Assembly (NCBI GenBank): GCA_965603825.1
Contig: CBFDEM010000055.1
Span: 62,001 to 126,000, forward strand
Source of the DNA: Blepharisma stoltei ATCC 30299
Taxonomy: Eukaryota > Protista > Ciliophora
Reading direction: 5' to 3'
Length of the DNA: 64,000 nt
Both the position numbers and the translations under genes were made by a program. Below the pieces are notes generated by a model, which did no database searches, had not been told where the DNA came from, and saw nothing but the letters and a program-made list of their open reading frames with translations. Positions 1 to 11,582 of the stretch are shown piece by piece; within the stretch, counting starts at the first letter, position 1, and each line of letters starts with the position of its first letter.

Positions 1-27
1 AATTAATAATTTTTAATATAACTAAAC

Positions 28-858
28 ATGAAATTATTTTAACAAAGCTTTTTTGTGAGTGTTGGCGTCATTGTATTGATTTCATAGATTGGAATCATTT
101 TGCACGTTTCACAGCTGATATATCGATATAGAAATTCTTCATTTAGCTCAATTTTTATTAAGCGATTAGAACTATTTTCCACATCTCCGGTGGTGGAGAT
201 CTAGCTTTGGCTTGGGGAACTTTTAGAATTATGTTTTGGTGAATGCTCGAAATGGGCTTGGGCTAAAAATTTTTTTCTAGACCGACAGTGAGAAGACTGA
301 CTGAGCAATGCCAGGCTTCATAAGGAAAGTTATATACTGCCTGCAAAAGGTAGAGCTCACTTTCTGAACAAAATGAATCTTCAATAAAACATCGACTAAA
401 CATTTTTTCAATGGTCAAAACAAAAAGGTATAGGAGCAAATGATTTTAAGGCCCGCCTCATACCTGAAGCCAGCAAAACATATAGAAGGCTGGAATAATC
501 CTGCTAAACCCACTCTAACTTATGGTAATCATTAAGCTCACGATATGATCATATTTGGAGGGGCATCTTCTGCAAATGGGATTTATCCAAGCTTTCATAT
601 TAGGCCATGAGGATTGTAGCGAGCAAAGTGTTTTAGCTCAATGAATAGCATGCTTTCATCTCATTGGTCTAGGAATAGAGCTCACTGCCAGATTTTTGCA
701 CCTATCTGCTCATTCAATGCTTCAGATTTACACTTGAAATGATTAATCATTTGATTATTGAAGAAATAGCGAAGATGATGGCTAAATTAAAGGAAGAGCT
801 AGAAAAAGAAGAAAAAAAGGGAAAATCGAAGTATAAGGAGGAGAGCAAATCTGAGTAA
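28..858 (+). pseudogene. Decayed coding relic; weak resemblance to lipase maturation factor (LMF) family
   Basis: Protein-like fragments (WGTFRIMFWWMLEMGLG, FFLDRQWEDWL, GIYPSFHIR, charged tail ending TAA at 856-858) lie in different frames and are broken by TAA/TAG. The family resemblance is by eye only. Confidence 0.25.
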
Positions 859-2423
859 TTTAAGTGAAGATAAATTATCAATGCTTGATACAGCTTATTT
901 ACTGAATTAGATTGCTGTGGTCCTTATGTTTAAAGTTAATACTGCATTTCCCTGTATACTTTTTTGGCAGATTTCTGAAAGCCAAAATTGGAGATTTGTC
1001 GTTTTGTTTTTATTTTTCTAAAAAATTGGAAAAGCTAAACACCATATTGATATAAAAGCTGATTGTTGATTATTACTCTATTACTCATACCATAGAAGAG
1101 ATCGAAGGAAAACTAAAAGAAAAATTCATGGAATAGCATGAGTGGTTTGACTTTTGAAAAAGAAGGAAACTTAGGTCAATATTTTAGGGAAAATTCAAAG
1201 AAAAAGAAGATAAACGGAAGGAGATAATTTTATAAAGAAAATGGAACTCAATGATAATGAAATAAGATCTTATGAAGTTGAAGGAATTAAAACGGTGACT
1301 TTCAGAGATGAGCGCATCTCCAAAAGAAATGAAGATCACATTCAATTTCAAAACTCAAAAACGAATTATCATAGATTACTTAGTTACATTCTGTAGCAAA
1401 AAATCAGATGCTTGAAGCAGACAAGTTTATAAAAGGATTTTTACCGAGTAATTTTTTTGGATTTAGAAGAATAGCAAGGCTTTACTATAGAGAGAGATTT
1501 CTAAATATAATATTTAATTGTTCATTAATCCGGAGCTGCTTAAAAAATTAGTTAATCCCTTTTTTTAAAAATCTGTTTAGAAACATTTTTAGAAGACTAA
1601 AATCCATTTTAATATGTGAAATTAATGCGCTAGCTTATGGAATTAGGAATAAAATACAATAAAAATGAAGATGCTTGCTGTTTGATGATTAAACAACAAC
1701 AAAATTTAAGAAGTGTGGGCTCATAGCTTTTTGCTCAAGACTTAATGGATTGTTATAAAGCTAAAATTTCGAGATTTAATATCCAGTTACCTTTGAAATT
1801 TTTGTAGGAGTGATTTTAAAAGACAATGCTTCATTAACTATATGTTTTCTTAATTTTGAGTTTATTTATGAAAATTAAAACGATTGATTCTCTTTGAGTT
1901 CACCTAATCTGAATTATTTATAATTATTTTCATTTATGAGCTCTTTATTACAGCAAACAATTTCGCCTTTCTATATAAGTTAAATTACAGTGGTTGCTAT
2001 TCTTATAAAAATTATGTCAATATAATTGCGTTTAAAATTTTATCAATGTTAATATTTCTCATATTATGAGCAAATTTGATTACCATTAAACAAAAAATAG
2101 AAAATTTATATCTAATTATCTGCTATCTTTTATTCTTTGCTTATTTAATCAATAAATCTCTATATCTGAACTTTGAAACATAAATTAAGTTTAAGTTTAC
2201 TTGCATAGGATTATAGAAAACACACTATTAGGAATTCAAAGTCTTTATTCCCTTTTAAACACTCTACTGCTTGCTCGCAGTTCCCACATCATGATCCTGC
2301 GCTGTGTTACTGCTTCCGACAAGTACCTGTATTTTGCAGAAGTCGGGAAAACTAAGCCACTGTGTTATGCGTCAACAAAGGCTTCCCATAGTAATGTTCT
2401 CCCTCTTTCTTTATAAAAATATA

Positions 2424-2975
2424 ATGGAACAAGAATTAGTAAGTCTCACAAAAGACAACCCAGAGTTAGGCACTTTGGAGCGTCGAATCTCAACTTTTGT
2501 CTCAAAGCACCATGGCATGGATAAGCTTTGTTTTGCTTGGCTCTACTGTACATATAACGGAGACTATGACCTTCTGAAACGAACAATTAAATTTTATCAT
2601 AAAACAGGAATAAAGACATTTTTTGGATTATTCGGACCGAAAGTTGTATATGGCTCTTTATATTATCCTTCAGATGATGCTGGGCTAAAGCTTATAATAG
2701 AAATTGTTCCTCGCGATCTTATTATTTCAGCCCTCAGAGCTGGTCAATATTACGTTTTAAAGCTATTTATGATGAATATGGCGTTGGATGTGAGTGAAAA
2801 TAAATTGACAGATGATAAAATTTATTGGAATTTTAGAAAGTTAGAACTTTTAATCAACTTGAGGCCGGAGGAAGTTGTGGTAGCGATTAAGGCTGGCATT
2901 GAGCAAAAGGCAATAAGTGAAACGGTCAAGGAGAAAATAGTAACCTCTTTGAAGCTTCATATTGAAAGTGAATAA
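2424..2975 (+). CDS. Hypothetical protein, 183 aa
   Basis: Open frame from ATG 2424, after an AT-rich leader, to TAA. The ORF-track start at 2304 is a GTG and probably not used. No recognisable motif. Confidence 0.6.
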   Translation: MEQELVSLTKDNPELGTLERRISTFVSKHHGMDKLCFAWLYCTYNGDYDLLKRTIKFYHKTGIKTFFGLFGPKVVYGSLYYPSDDAGLKLIIEIVPRDLIISALRAGQYYVLKLFMMNMALDVSENKLTDDKIYWNFRKLELLINLRPEEVVVAIKAGIEQKAISETVKEKIVTSLKLHIESE

Positions 2976-3608
2976 GCTGTAAAAACTTCAAAATACGCTA
3001 AGAGAATTTTTATCAAAGCATTGAAACTAATTAATACGATGCTTGGATTATTCGTGCGAGTAAATAATAGTTATGGGCATTTCATACAAATATAGAAAAT
3101 TTATTAATATGAAATAAATATACTTCATAATTTCAATAAGTGGATTTGAAATTCCTGATTAACTTATGAGCAAGGACCAAAAAGAGATTAGTAAGTATTA
3201 AAGATAAAAAACTCTTATTTAGATGATAGAAATTTACCATCTTAAAAATTCAATATTTATCTCATCCAGTAATCCATATAAATATAATCTTATTCAGGAA
3301 TAACAATAAATTAAAATTGAGTTAATCGCATTTAGAATTTCTTATTTGTTTAAATCCATCCTATGTTTAGTTTAATTTCAGATAAGACTTGAATAAGTCT
3401 TCAACAGAATGAGAATAAATGACTATAGGGTCACTTCTGCTGATAGCGAGCAAGAATTATTTAATTGCTAGCAACTAGTGCTTTAAGATAAAGAGACTCA
3501 CATAAATAAAATAAATATATTCATTAGAAACTTTCACTTTAATGAAGATTGCTCTAAAGACATTTATTTGCTATTTAATTTTGTCAAAATGCTGAGTTTA
3601 AGTCTCTA

Positions 3609-5201
3609 TTAAATATCGCTGTAATCCACAACATTTCTTTTTCCTTTATGATGCTTTGTAGGATCATCTAGATCTTCATAAGGTTCATCAGGCGCTGGCC
3701 TTTTTCTTGGAAAATTCATTTCCCTATCCCCTGCATCGCTTCTTTCTCTATGCTCTCCCCTATCACTTCTTTCTCCTCTTCCTCTTCCTCTGTATCTTTC
3801 TCCAGCAAACTGTATTTGATTTTGTAACTTATCAGGATCCGCTAAATAATTTTCAAGAGTAATAGCTTTAATTCTTTCCTTCACAACCAATTGATAATCC
3901 TCCAAGTGTTTCGTCTTCAAATGCTTTTTTACAAATTCGCTGCTTCTGAATAATTTTTTGCATAGATTGCATCTTACTTTTTTTTCTTCTTCTTCAGTTG
4001 TGTTTTTGTTTTCGAATTCCATTATCATTTTTTGCAGTTCGGGGTCGTTCTATATAATTTTTACATCTTTATCGTACTTTTTCACAGGATTTTTTTTTAA
4101 AATTCTTTCTTCAATCTTCTGGTCGAACTCTATAGGGCGGGCTGCAGATTCATCATAATTAGTCCTTATGTGAGCTGGGCCGCATTTTGCAGCGAGCATT
4201 CTTTCATCTTCATACTCTTCTTGGCAATAATAGCAATATGCATGAACTCTTCTTAAATAGAGCAGCTGTAAATCTAATTGCATTTCTTTTTCTTCTTCTG
4301 ATAGCGTTGCAAACATTTCTTCAGAAATTAAAAGCTGGTTTTCCATGATTCCTTTTTCTCTATCAATAAACGAAATTAATCTTGAGCTCTGTTTCCAGTC
4401 TAATTCAATCGAATTTGGATGCTGTGGAGCTTGAAGGCGCAATTCTTTCCTAGACACACTTTGGGACTTTACAGGTGAAAGTTTAAAATCAGGAGTCACA
4501 ACTCTTCCAGTCAGAAGTTCCAAGCTTTCATTACAATGGTCTTCAGTATCATAAAGGACCCATGCGAATCTTGAAAACCCTTGAGTTTTCAATGGCTCTG
4601 ACATTGATAAAGAAACGAACCCCGGAGAAGTTTTAACGACGTTCAGTACATCTCATCTTGATATATTAACTGGGATATTTTTCAAAAACAGCGTCATCGA
4701 ATTTGGATCAAATCCATAATAAGGCGGCCCTGAAATTTTTTCGACTGGCTTGTCCTGTATTTTTAATCGCAGGCCTGAGAACCCATTGTGCTTTGTAAGC
4801 TCAATAAAAGCTGTGTGTGAGACCTTCGCGTCCAAATGCCTCTCCTCTTGCCATTTTTGTGAGAAAATTGGGTCATATTTTTCAATGAACCAATGCTCAT
4901 TGTTATGCTCACTAAAGAAAATCTCTAAATGCTTGCGCTCGTATTTAGATTTATATTCGTCGTAAATTTGTTGGGCCTCATGAGGTGGGATGTGCTCGTG
5001 CTGCATTTCCATGAATTGTTTAAAGGTTAATAAGCCACCTGCTAGACTTGGGCGAATTACGTGAGATTTTCCATCTTGGTTGCGAGGGAAACGAGGACGA
5101 TTTTGGTTTTCGTCATTATCTCGGAATCGTCTACGGGGCTCGCCTTGTGGAGGAGGAATGAATGGGTCAGCTTTGACTTCTTCTTCTGGTGGCCAATTCA
5201 T
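3609..5201 (-). CDS. SRRT: ARS2/SERRATE (cap-binding complex adaptor)
   Basis: Three track ORFs join through TGA=Trp (4653-4655) and a 15-nt intron (4050-4064). Motifs: LLTFKQFM, FFSEHNNEHWFIEKYDP, RRM (LFLKNIPVNISRW), LYLRRVHAYCYYC, C2H2 finger CNLCKKLF...VKKHLKTKH, C-terminal YEDLDDP. Confidence 0.93.
4050..4064 (-). other. 15-nt spliceosomal intron GTAAAAATTATATAG
   Basis: Removal deletes an in-frame TAG and joins KYDKD|NDPELQK in frame. Confidence 0.9.
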
Positions 5202-5530
5202 CTATGCTGCGACATACCTTTTTATTATAACTAAAACATAGATCAAAAATATGCCTTTTTGTTGGTTTCCAATTAGATTTCTCAATAATTATACTCCAAG
5301 CTAATCTACTTTCGGAGCGATTTATATCAATTTTTTTGACGAGCTCATAATGCATAATATTAACAAAAGAGCTTAAGCCTAATATGACTATATCTCAAGC
5401 CTGAATATGGAGTTTCGCCTGCTTTTGGAACCAATAGCTGCCAAATCAATTTCATAAATTGGGAATCTATTAGTATAGGTACGGTTTGGCAACTTTTATA
5501 TTGAGTATCGAAAAAAATTATTTTATTGAA

Positions 5531-6380
5531 ATGGATGCATTTTTGAAAAAGCTTTAAGACTTGAGGAACTGGGGTTTAACTTGGAAATTGCAAGAAAGAT
5601 GCTGACTCAGCATGGAGAAGGTTGCTAATCAGTTTTCTGCCTATTGTTGGATGGGGGATGGTTAGATTCAGAAGATTTTAGCGAGGATGCTGCTGAAGGG
5701 AGTCCGGATTGCGGCAGAGATTATAAATTTGAAGATACAGAATATGAAGACGAAACCTAGATAAAACAGGAAACGATATGGGTGAAGAATTTGGCGAAAA
5801 AGGTGAAGATGAAAGTGTCCGCGAAAAAATGAAAATTGAAATCGTGAATCAGGCATGATAAAAGAAATAACTAGATCAAGAAGAAAGTCAGGTGGAGACA
5901 ACTGGGATTACAGATGAAGCTATTTGACTTCTTGAATATCTGAAAATAGGAATTTGGGATCGGAAGGAAGGAAGCAAAGAGAACCATTAAGTATAAAATA
6001 TAATTGGAATCAGTATATTACAAGAATTGGGAGAGAAGTTCATAAGGCGATATTGCTGTTTGTTATACTAAATGAAGGGAACGGTTTCCATATATCTAAC
6101 AAAACTCACAAAGATCTCGCGATTGACTATATTTTTAGGCTTAAGGGCTGGATTGAACTCAATTGCATATTCTCGGAGCCTAAGGCATCTAACCCAAGCA
6201 AGTGTATGCGAGGGTGATGGATGGTGAAGGGAGGATGAAGTTCATATTATTGATGATTGCTGCTCATGTGAAAGTTATAGATTAGACTTTCTATTGGATT
6301 TGCAGTGATGGGGAGTATTGGATTAAGTTGTTAAAAAAGGATTCAAAATTTACTAGAGACCAAAAAAGAGAAGAATGCTG
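5531..6380 (+). pseudogene. Frameshifted relic with UBA-like N-terminus and acidic tract
   Basis: LEELGFNLEIARKMLTQHG (UBA-like) and DSEDFSEDAAEG...EDTEYEDET lie in shifting frames with several TAA/TAG stops that 15-nt introns do not explain. Confidence 0.4.
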
Positions 6381-6522
6381 ATATCGATCACTGGTAAAGT
6401 CTTAATAAATAAATAATATTGAGCTTATTTATTGACTAAAGTATACTAAACTACTTCAAAATCTCGCAACTCAATTAGATTCCTTCTCCAACTTAAACAA
6501 CAATTTCAGCTAAATTTATTAA

Positions 6523-6963
6523 ATGGAAAGCAACACTGCTTTATGGATACTTTTTTGGTTTATCAGCAGCTCAGCTTGTTATCTCTATGGTATGTATGTT
6601 GAATCTAAATTAAATCCAAAGCAAAAACCAAATTATTCAGAATTAAAACTAGAAGAAGAAAAATCAGAAATTCACGACACAAATGATGATAAATTATATA
6701 AAGAGGAACTAGACAAAGAAAGAGCAAGCAAGAGAAAAATGACCCAGGAATATGAAAAAGAAATAGACAGCTTAAAAGCTCAAATTGCATTCATACAAGC
6801 CCAAACTAAAGAAAAGCTTGCAATTAATAATCAGAAATATAATCAGCAAGAAGAATTATTTGATGAAGCTCCAGGATTTAGTGCACCCATTGTGCAAATA
6901 GTTGATGGAAGCTATGATAATTTTGATGAAGATCTTAATAAAGAATTAAATAATGAAATTTAA
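6523..6963 (+). CDS. Small protein with N-terminal transmembrane segment and coiled coil
   Basis: 146-aa ORF, hydrophobic aa 6-26, E/K-rich heptads. Confidence 0.75.
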   Translation: MESNTALWILFWFISSSACYLYGMYVESKLNPKQKPNYSELKLEEEKSEIHDTNDDKLYKEELDKERASKRKMTQEYEKEIDSLKAQIAFIQAQTKEKLAINNQKYNQQEELFDEAPGFSAPIVQIVDGSYDNFDEDLNKELNNEI

Positions 6964-7118
6964 CTATTTTTAGTAATTTTTTTACAATAATTAGCAAATT
7001 AATATTAAAAACTAATAAATTAGATATTCCATAATTAAAGCAGATCAGGCATCATATAGCATTAATGCTAAATTTATTCAGTGCCCCACCCATTTATATC
7101 CACAATATTAAAAATTAA

Positions 7119-7652
7119 ATGGCATCAAGTTCAACATGTCTGGTCCTCGGATCTCCAGGATCAGGAAAAACAAGCTTTATCACCCGATACCTCTACTCTT
7201 TCCACACTCCTACGTATTTTCCATCACAGCATCCTAAGCACTACCGCTACACGCTTTCGTACCCCCCTCCGTCCTCTACCCTAGAGATCGTCGAAAGTTG
7301 CAGTATCCCTGAAAACTTGCCATTTTCCTCAGTGCTTTTGGTGTATGATCCTTCAAATCCAAGCTCTTTAGATCATATAAGAGATTTATTAGTTGAGCTT
7401 AAAAAATCTAGTAAGCATCAGTTTGGGTGCTTGATAGTGGCTATAGTAAGAAACAAAGAAAGCGTGGCTTCTGGAATAAAACTAGCCAATGAATATCACT
7501 TAAAATTGATTTCAACTGACATAAAAAATAGATTGACAGTGAAGAGATGCTTCCAGATGTGCTGGCAGTGGATCAAAAAGAACTTGACCTGGGAAGACAG
7601 AAAAGGAGCAATCTCAATCAGAGAAAAAGTGAAAAAATATCGACTTGCTTAA
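7119..7652 (+). CDS. Divergent Ras-superfamily small GTPase-like protein
   Basis: P-loop GSPGSGKTS and VLLVYDPSNPSSL. G3 (DxxG) and G4 (NKxD) motifs are not canonical. Confidence 0.7.
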   Translation: MASSSTCLVLGSPGSGKTSFITRYLYSFHTPTYFPSQHPKHYRYTLSYPPPSSTLEIVESCSIPENLPFSSVLLVYDPSNPSSLDHIRDLLVELKKSSKHQFGCLIVAIVRNKESVASGIKLANEYHLKLISTDIKNRLTVKRCFQMCWQWIKKNLTWEDRKGAISIREKVKKYRLA

Positions 7653-7747
7653 AATTTATTATTTAAAAAGTTTCTTTATAGATTAATTTTAAAAAGGGCG
7701 TTAAAAATGCGCAATTTCAGTCAGTTTAATCAAAAATCATTTAATTA

Positions 7748-8347
7748 TTAGACTAAATCAATTTTCCTTTCTTCAGTTATCAGTGGCTTTACCAAATTGT
7801 ATGGAATAAAGAAAATATCCCCTTTTTCTAAATATATATCAGCAGAATTTTCAGTCTGGACTCTTCCCACATCGTCAATTACTTTAATAAATACATGCTT
7901 ATCAAGCTGTGGGCTTACTTCAATCACTCTCTGCCCCTTTCGTGATTCGAGTGACCTGAGATCGTTCGGCAAACCCAGCAAAAACGTCTTTTTAAAGTGA
8001 TTTGTTTTTATTGAATAATATTTTGTTAAAAAATCGATTTCTTGTGGAGATAAAAAATTAACATCATCTTGTCGTACGACTCATAAAGCATAGGCTTGAA
8101 TTTTTACTAATCTTGACCTTAAATAGCTTGAAAGTAAATATTTAACGCGGTCTAGGTCCATTTGGTAGAGTAAACCTCGAAATTGCTCTTCTGGAGTTAT
8201 AGGATCTATTCTTAGAGCTTTTTCTCGTGATTCAACCTGTCCAATTAGGCTCTCTATAAGGTCGCTTTCGTACATTAAAATCTCAGGACATGCTTTTTCC
8301 CGCCTTACAGCGGCTTCTAGCTCCAATACTTCTTCTGCTAAACCCAT
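7748..8347 (-). CDS. GINS4: GINS complex subunit SLD5/GINS4
   Basis: REKACPEILMYE, YQMDLDRVKYLLSSYLRSRLVKIQ, LSPQEIDF, PQLDKHVFIKV. The two ORFs join in frame through TGA at 8081-8083. Confidence 0.92.
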
Positions 8348-8756
8348 TTTTATATATCGATTATTCATTTTAGATATAAGCTCCTTCGAAGATTTTAAGC
8401 CGATTTTGATCTTCTATATATAGCATAAACTGCAATAAACACTTACAATATAATTCAATATAAGACATATTGTGAAATTTATGGGTTTTGCTTCAAAATT
8501 TTGTTTGCCATGCTATCACACTTTTTAGGTAGGATTTTGACTTTAGCCGAATTCAAATAACGCTTACCTTAATATATTTTGCATCATTTAATATATAAAA
8601 TTCTATACAATTAGGCTATTCAATAGCAAGAATTAATTCTCTAATTGTCATGACAACGCCAGTCACTGGTCTTAGCAATTCAAAGCTTTTCATAGTACTT
8701 ATACTAATAATTTCCTTATTTTTCAGCTAATTAAAAGTCTATCTAGAGGCTTTAGA

Positions 8757-9176
8757 TTAAGTTTGGTATGAATGATGTCTTCTAGCTTGGAACTCGACAT
8801 TTTTAGTCTTATATTCATATCTTCCAATGAATGCTTTATCCTTGAAGAGATCATAAGAAAATTCAGCATCTTCTCTTGCTTTTGATTCATACATCCCATA
8901 AAACAGAACACCTGCTCCAATTAAGTAATAAACCAAGAAGTATCTTTGAGCTTTCATGTTTTCTATGATTTCTGGATGAATTTCTCTGAATCTGGGAGTT
9001 CTGTTTATAAATCTTCTGCCTTCTTGGAATCCCTTGAGGACGTCGGAAGTAGTATACTGAAACCCATATCTTTTTGGGTCATAGAGTAGTTTTGAAGCAT
9101 CAAGGAGGGTGGGGTTATCTGAAAGGTTTTGGAGATTCTGGACTTGCTTGAGAATCGCACTCCTGCGGAAAGCCAT
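8757..9176 (-). CDS. Hypothetical single-pass membrane protein, possibly mitochondrial
   Basis: ATG 9176 (MAFRRSAILKQ, basic presequence-like N-terminus) and one hydrophobic segment YFLVYYLIGAGVLFYGMY. Confidence 0.7.
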   Translation of the reverse strand: MAFRRSAILKQVQNLQNLSDNPTLLDASKLLYDPKRYGFQYTTSDVLKGFQEGRRFINRTPRFREIHPEIIENMKAQRYFLVYYLIGAGVLFYGMYESKAREDAEFSYDLFKDKAFIGRYEYKTKNVEFQARRHHSYQT

Positions 9177-9343
9177 ATTATTATTGGCATCCTTCAAAAG
9201 TTGCTTATTAAAATTCTTTTAAATTTCAAAGATATATATATGATTTAAATAATATTTGAGGAAGACCAAGGAATATTATTGAATTATAGCTTATGCTTCA
9301 AAAAAGTTAAGAAAATACGATTTTTGGGAATAAACTAAGCTTA

Positions 9344-9763
9344 TTAAGCCTTTCTATTTCTTCTTGTTATTGTCTTTTTAACTTGTTCACTGTGATGAAG
9401 CTTTGTCATTCTTTCTGCAGCTGCTTTAGCAAGACTTGAGTTTCTATTATCGACCAGAGAAACAAAAGCAGATTTCGCTCTTCCTAGATATCCACCTTTC
9501 TTTATAGTAATCTTGTCCTCATGCTGAGTTTTGCCTTTGACTCCGTATTTTCTAAGCTTTTTTGCTTTAAGAGTGACTGGCTCACTTTTTTTTCTGCTTG
9601 CTAATCCAATAGCACTTGTGCTAGCAATTCCTGCGAATTTTTGGCTGTGGATGTTAACTAAATTGTAAGGGTCAGTTGAGAAATCTGTGTTGTTGCGTCT
9701 GATGATATATTTGTTGTTACCTCTAAGAAGTTCCCAGAGAAGATCTGATGAGACGGTTGCCAT
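9344..9763 (-). CDS. RPL28: 60S ribosomal protein eL28
   Basis: SSDLLWELLRGNNKYII...FSTDPYNLVNIHSQKFAG is the typical eL28 N-terminus. Basic 139-aa protein. Confidence 0.9.
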   Translation of the reverse strand: MATVSSDLLWELLRGNNKYIIRRNNTDFSTDPYNLVNIHSQKFAGIASTSAIGLASRKKSEPVTLKAKKLRKYGVKGKTQHEDKITIKKGGYLGRAKSAFVSLVDNRNSSLAKAAAERMTKLHHSEQVKKTITRRNRKA

Positions 9764-9830
9764 AGACTTTTATTAAATGGAAAATTATGTAATTAGGTGA
9801 GCAAATTTGTCTAATACATACAAAAATTAA

Positions 9831-11243
9831 TTAATCATTACCAATGCTAGGAATTTGCAGCTGGATAGTAGAAGCTTCTTCAGATCTTTTGCTTTCATCC
9901 CCTAAGCCAGAATTTTTTCTTTGGAATGAGTGGATTTTTGTTGTACGCAATGTATTTCCCCTTCTAACTACAGTTTTCTTTAATTCTTTGGCCTTTATTT
10001 CTTTCAAAAGCTTATTAGTTTTTTCTACTGTTGAACCATTTGGAATTTCAACTTCCAAAAATTTGAAAATTGGTGCTAAATTTGGTCTTGGAGTCAATCC
10101 TTCGTATCCTACAGCTGCTCTATCAGAAAGGATAGAATTCGTTTTCATTAAATCAGAAATTTGTCTTTCTAGTTCTTCTTGGACTTCATATGACTGTTTA
10201 AGTTTACATAAAATTGTGGAATAGCCATTAGTCATGCTGTCATTTTTCTGCTTTAATTCATAAAAATTGCGATTTAAAAAATTATAATCGCTAGTCGATT
10301 TTTGTAGCGTTTCTTCATAATTTTTGAGCTTTTTTTGAAGTCCAATAATATTTTTATTGTCTTCGTCTCCACATGTGCGTAAATTTATGACCTCTCGCTC
10401 TAATACAGAAACTTTATTTAGTAATATAAAATTCTCTTTTGTTTTTTGCTGAATCTCTTGCTTATATTTACTAGTTTCTTCTGATAATTTTTTATTGTCT
10501 TTCTCTTTTGATTGAAAAAGCTCAGTAAATTTTGCGACCTCTTCTTTAAGTGTATTAATCTCTGATGCATAATTTTCTTTCATTTTATTAACTGTCTCAA
10601 TAGAGCAATAATCTTCAGAGTCTTTTCTCTTAAAATTCAGTGGGTATAAATAATAAAACGGAATTAATCCATCTAAATCTGTCAATGTCTCTGGGTATTT
10701 TTCATAGATATGCTCAAGTACCTCTGCTTCTATTTCTTCTTTTGCTATAAATACTGAGTTTCTTATTTCTTGCACAATATTTCTTAGCTCGTCCTTATAT
10801 CTTCCATCTTCATTTGACAAAATTTCTAGTGCTTTTATAATCATTTTTGTCCTATTTAATGAACGTGATTTTTCTTTTTCCTTTCTATCATCAACCAAAC
10901 TTCTGAGGGCTAAAACAAGGTCTAATTTTGTTTTTAGCACTGCTGAATTGAAGCTTTGTGAAGAACTTCTATCAGATAAGCATTCGGATTTGGTGGACTT
11001 TTGTAAGGATTTCCTGAAGGTTTGGGAATCAGAAATATCTGTAGGCACTGGAGTTCTGCTTTGTGAGCTTCCTGCGGTAAGTAAGAAAATATTTTTTCTT
11101 AGCTCTGGCTTGCTACTGTAGGCGAGTAAGGATGGAGATTGACATGAACTTGGATTTAATGTTTCAACGCCACTAAAAGTTGATGAATGATGGTGAAGTG
11201 ACGGCAATAGCTGCTTGTTCAAAGATTTTTTATTGTGCTTCAT
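9831..11243 (-). CDS. Coiled-coil protein, tandem paralog A
   Basis: 470-aa ORF sharing long identical blocks with 11583-12983 (VLKTKLDLVLALR, KMIIKALEILSNEDG, LTPRPNL). Confidence 0.85.
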   Translation of the reverse strand: MKHNKKSLNKQLLPSLHHHSSTFSGVETLNPSSCQSPSLLAYSSKPELRKNIFLLTAGSSQSRTPVPTDISDSQTFRKSLQKSTKSECLSDRSSSQSFNSAVLKTKLDLVLALRSLVDDRKEKEKSRSLNRTKMIIKALEILSNEDGRYKDELRNIVQEIRNSVFIAKEEIEAEVLEHIYEKYPETLTDLDGLIPFYYLYPLNFKRKDSEDYCSIETVNKMKENYASEINTLKEEVAKFTELFQSKEKDNKKLSEETSKYKQEIQQKTKENFILLNKVSVLEREVINLRTCGDEDNKNIIGLQKKLKNYEETLQKSTSDYNFLNRNFYELKQKNDSMTNGYSTILCKLKQSYEVQEELERQISDLMKTNSILSDRAAVGYEGLTPRPNLAPIFKFLEVEIPNGSTVEKTNKLLKEIKAKELKKTVVRRGNTLRTTKIHSFQRKNSGLGDESKRSEEASTIQLQIPSIGND

Positions 11244-11582
11244 TTTAAAATATTTTTCTTTTTTATATTTTTGATATGAAGATCAGTAAACACTGTTACT
11301 ATTTTCTTTTTCTTACAGAATATTTAAATATTTTTTAGAATTAAGTCTGTTAGTGCCACTTTCTATGGGAAGATACGAATTTATCAAATTTAAATGAAAA
11401 GTTATTGTAAAATCGTTCTTTGAGTTTTTATTAAAGGAGATAATTAGTTTATTATTAAATTTGGGCATTTTTATAAAGATGCTTTATAATTTTAAAGAAA
11501 ATTTTCAGAAATAACCCTATAAATTGTTATCTAATTAATTTTTAGTTATTGATAAACTTTTAGATAATAAAATTGCTATATA

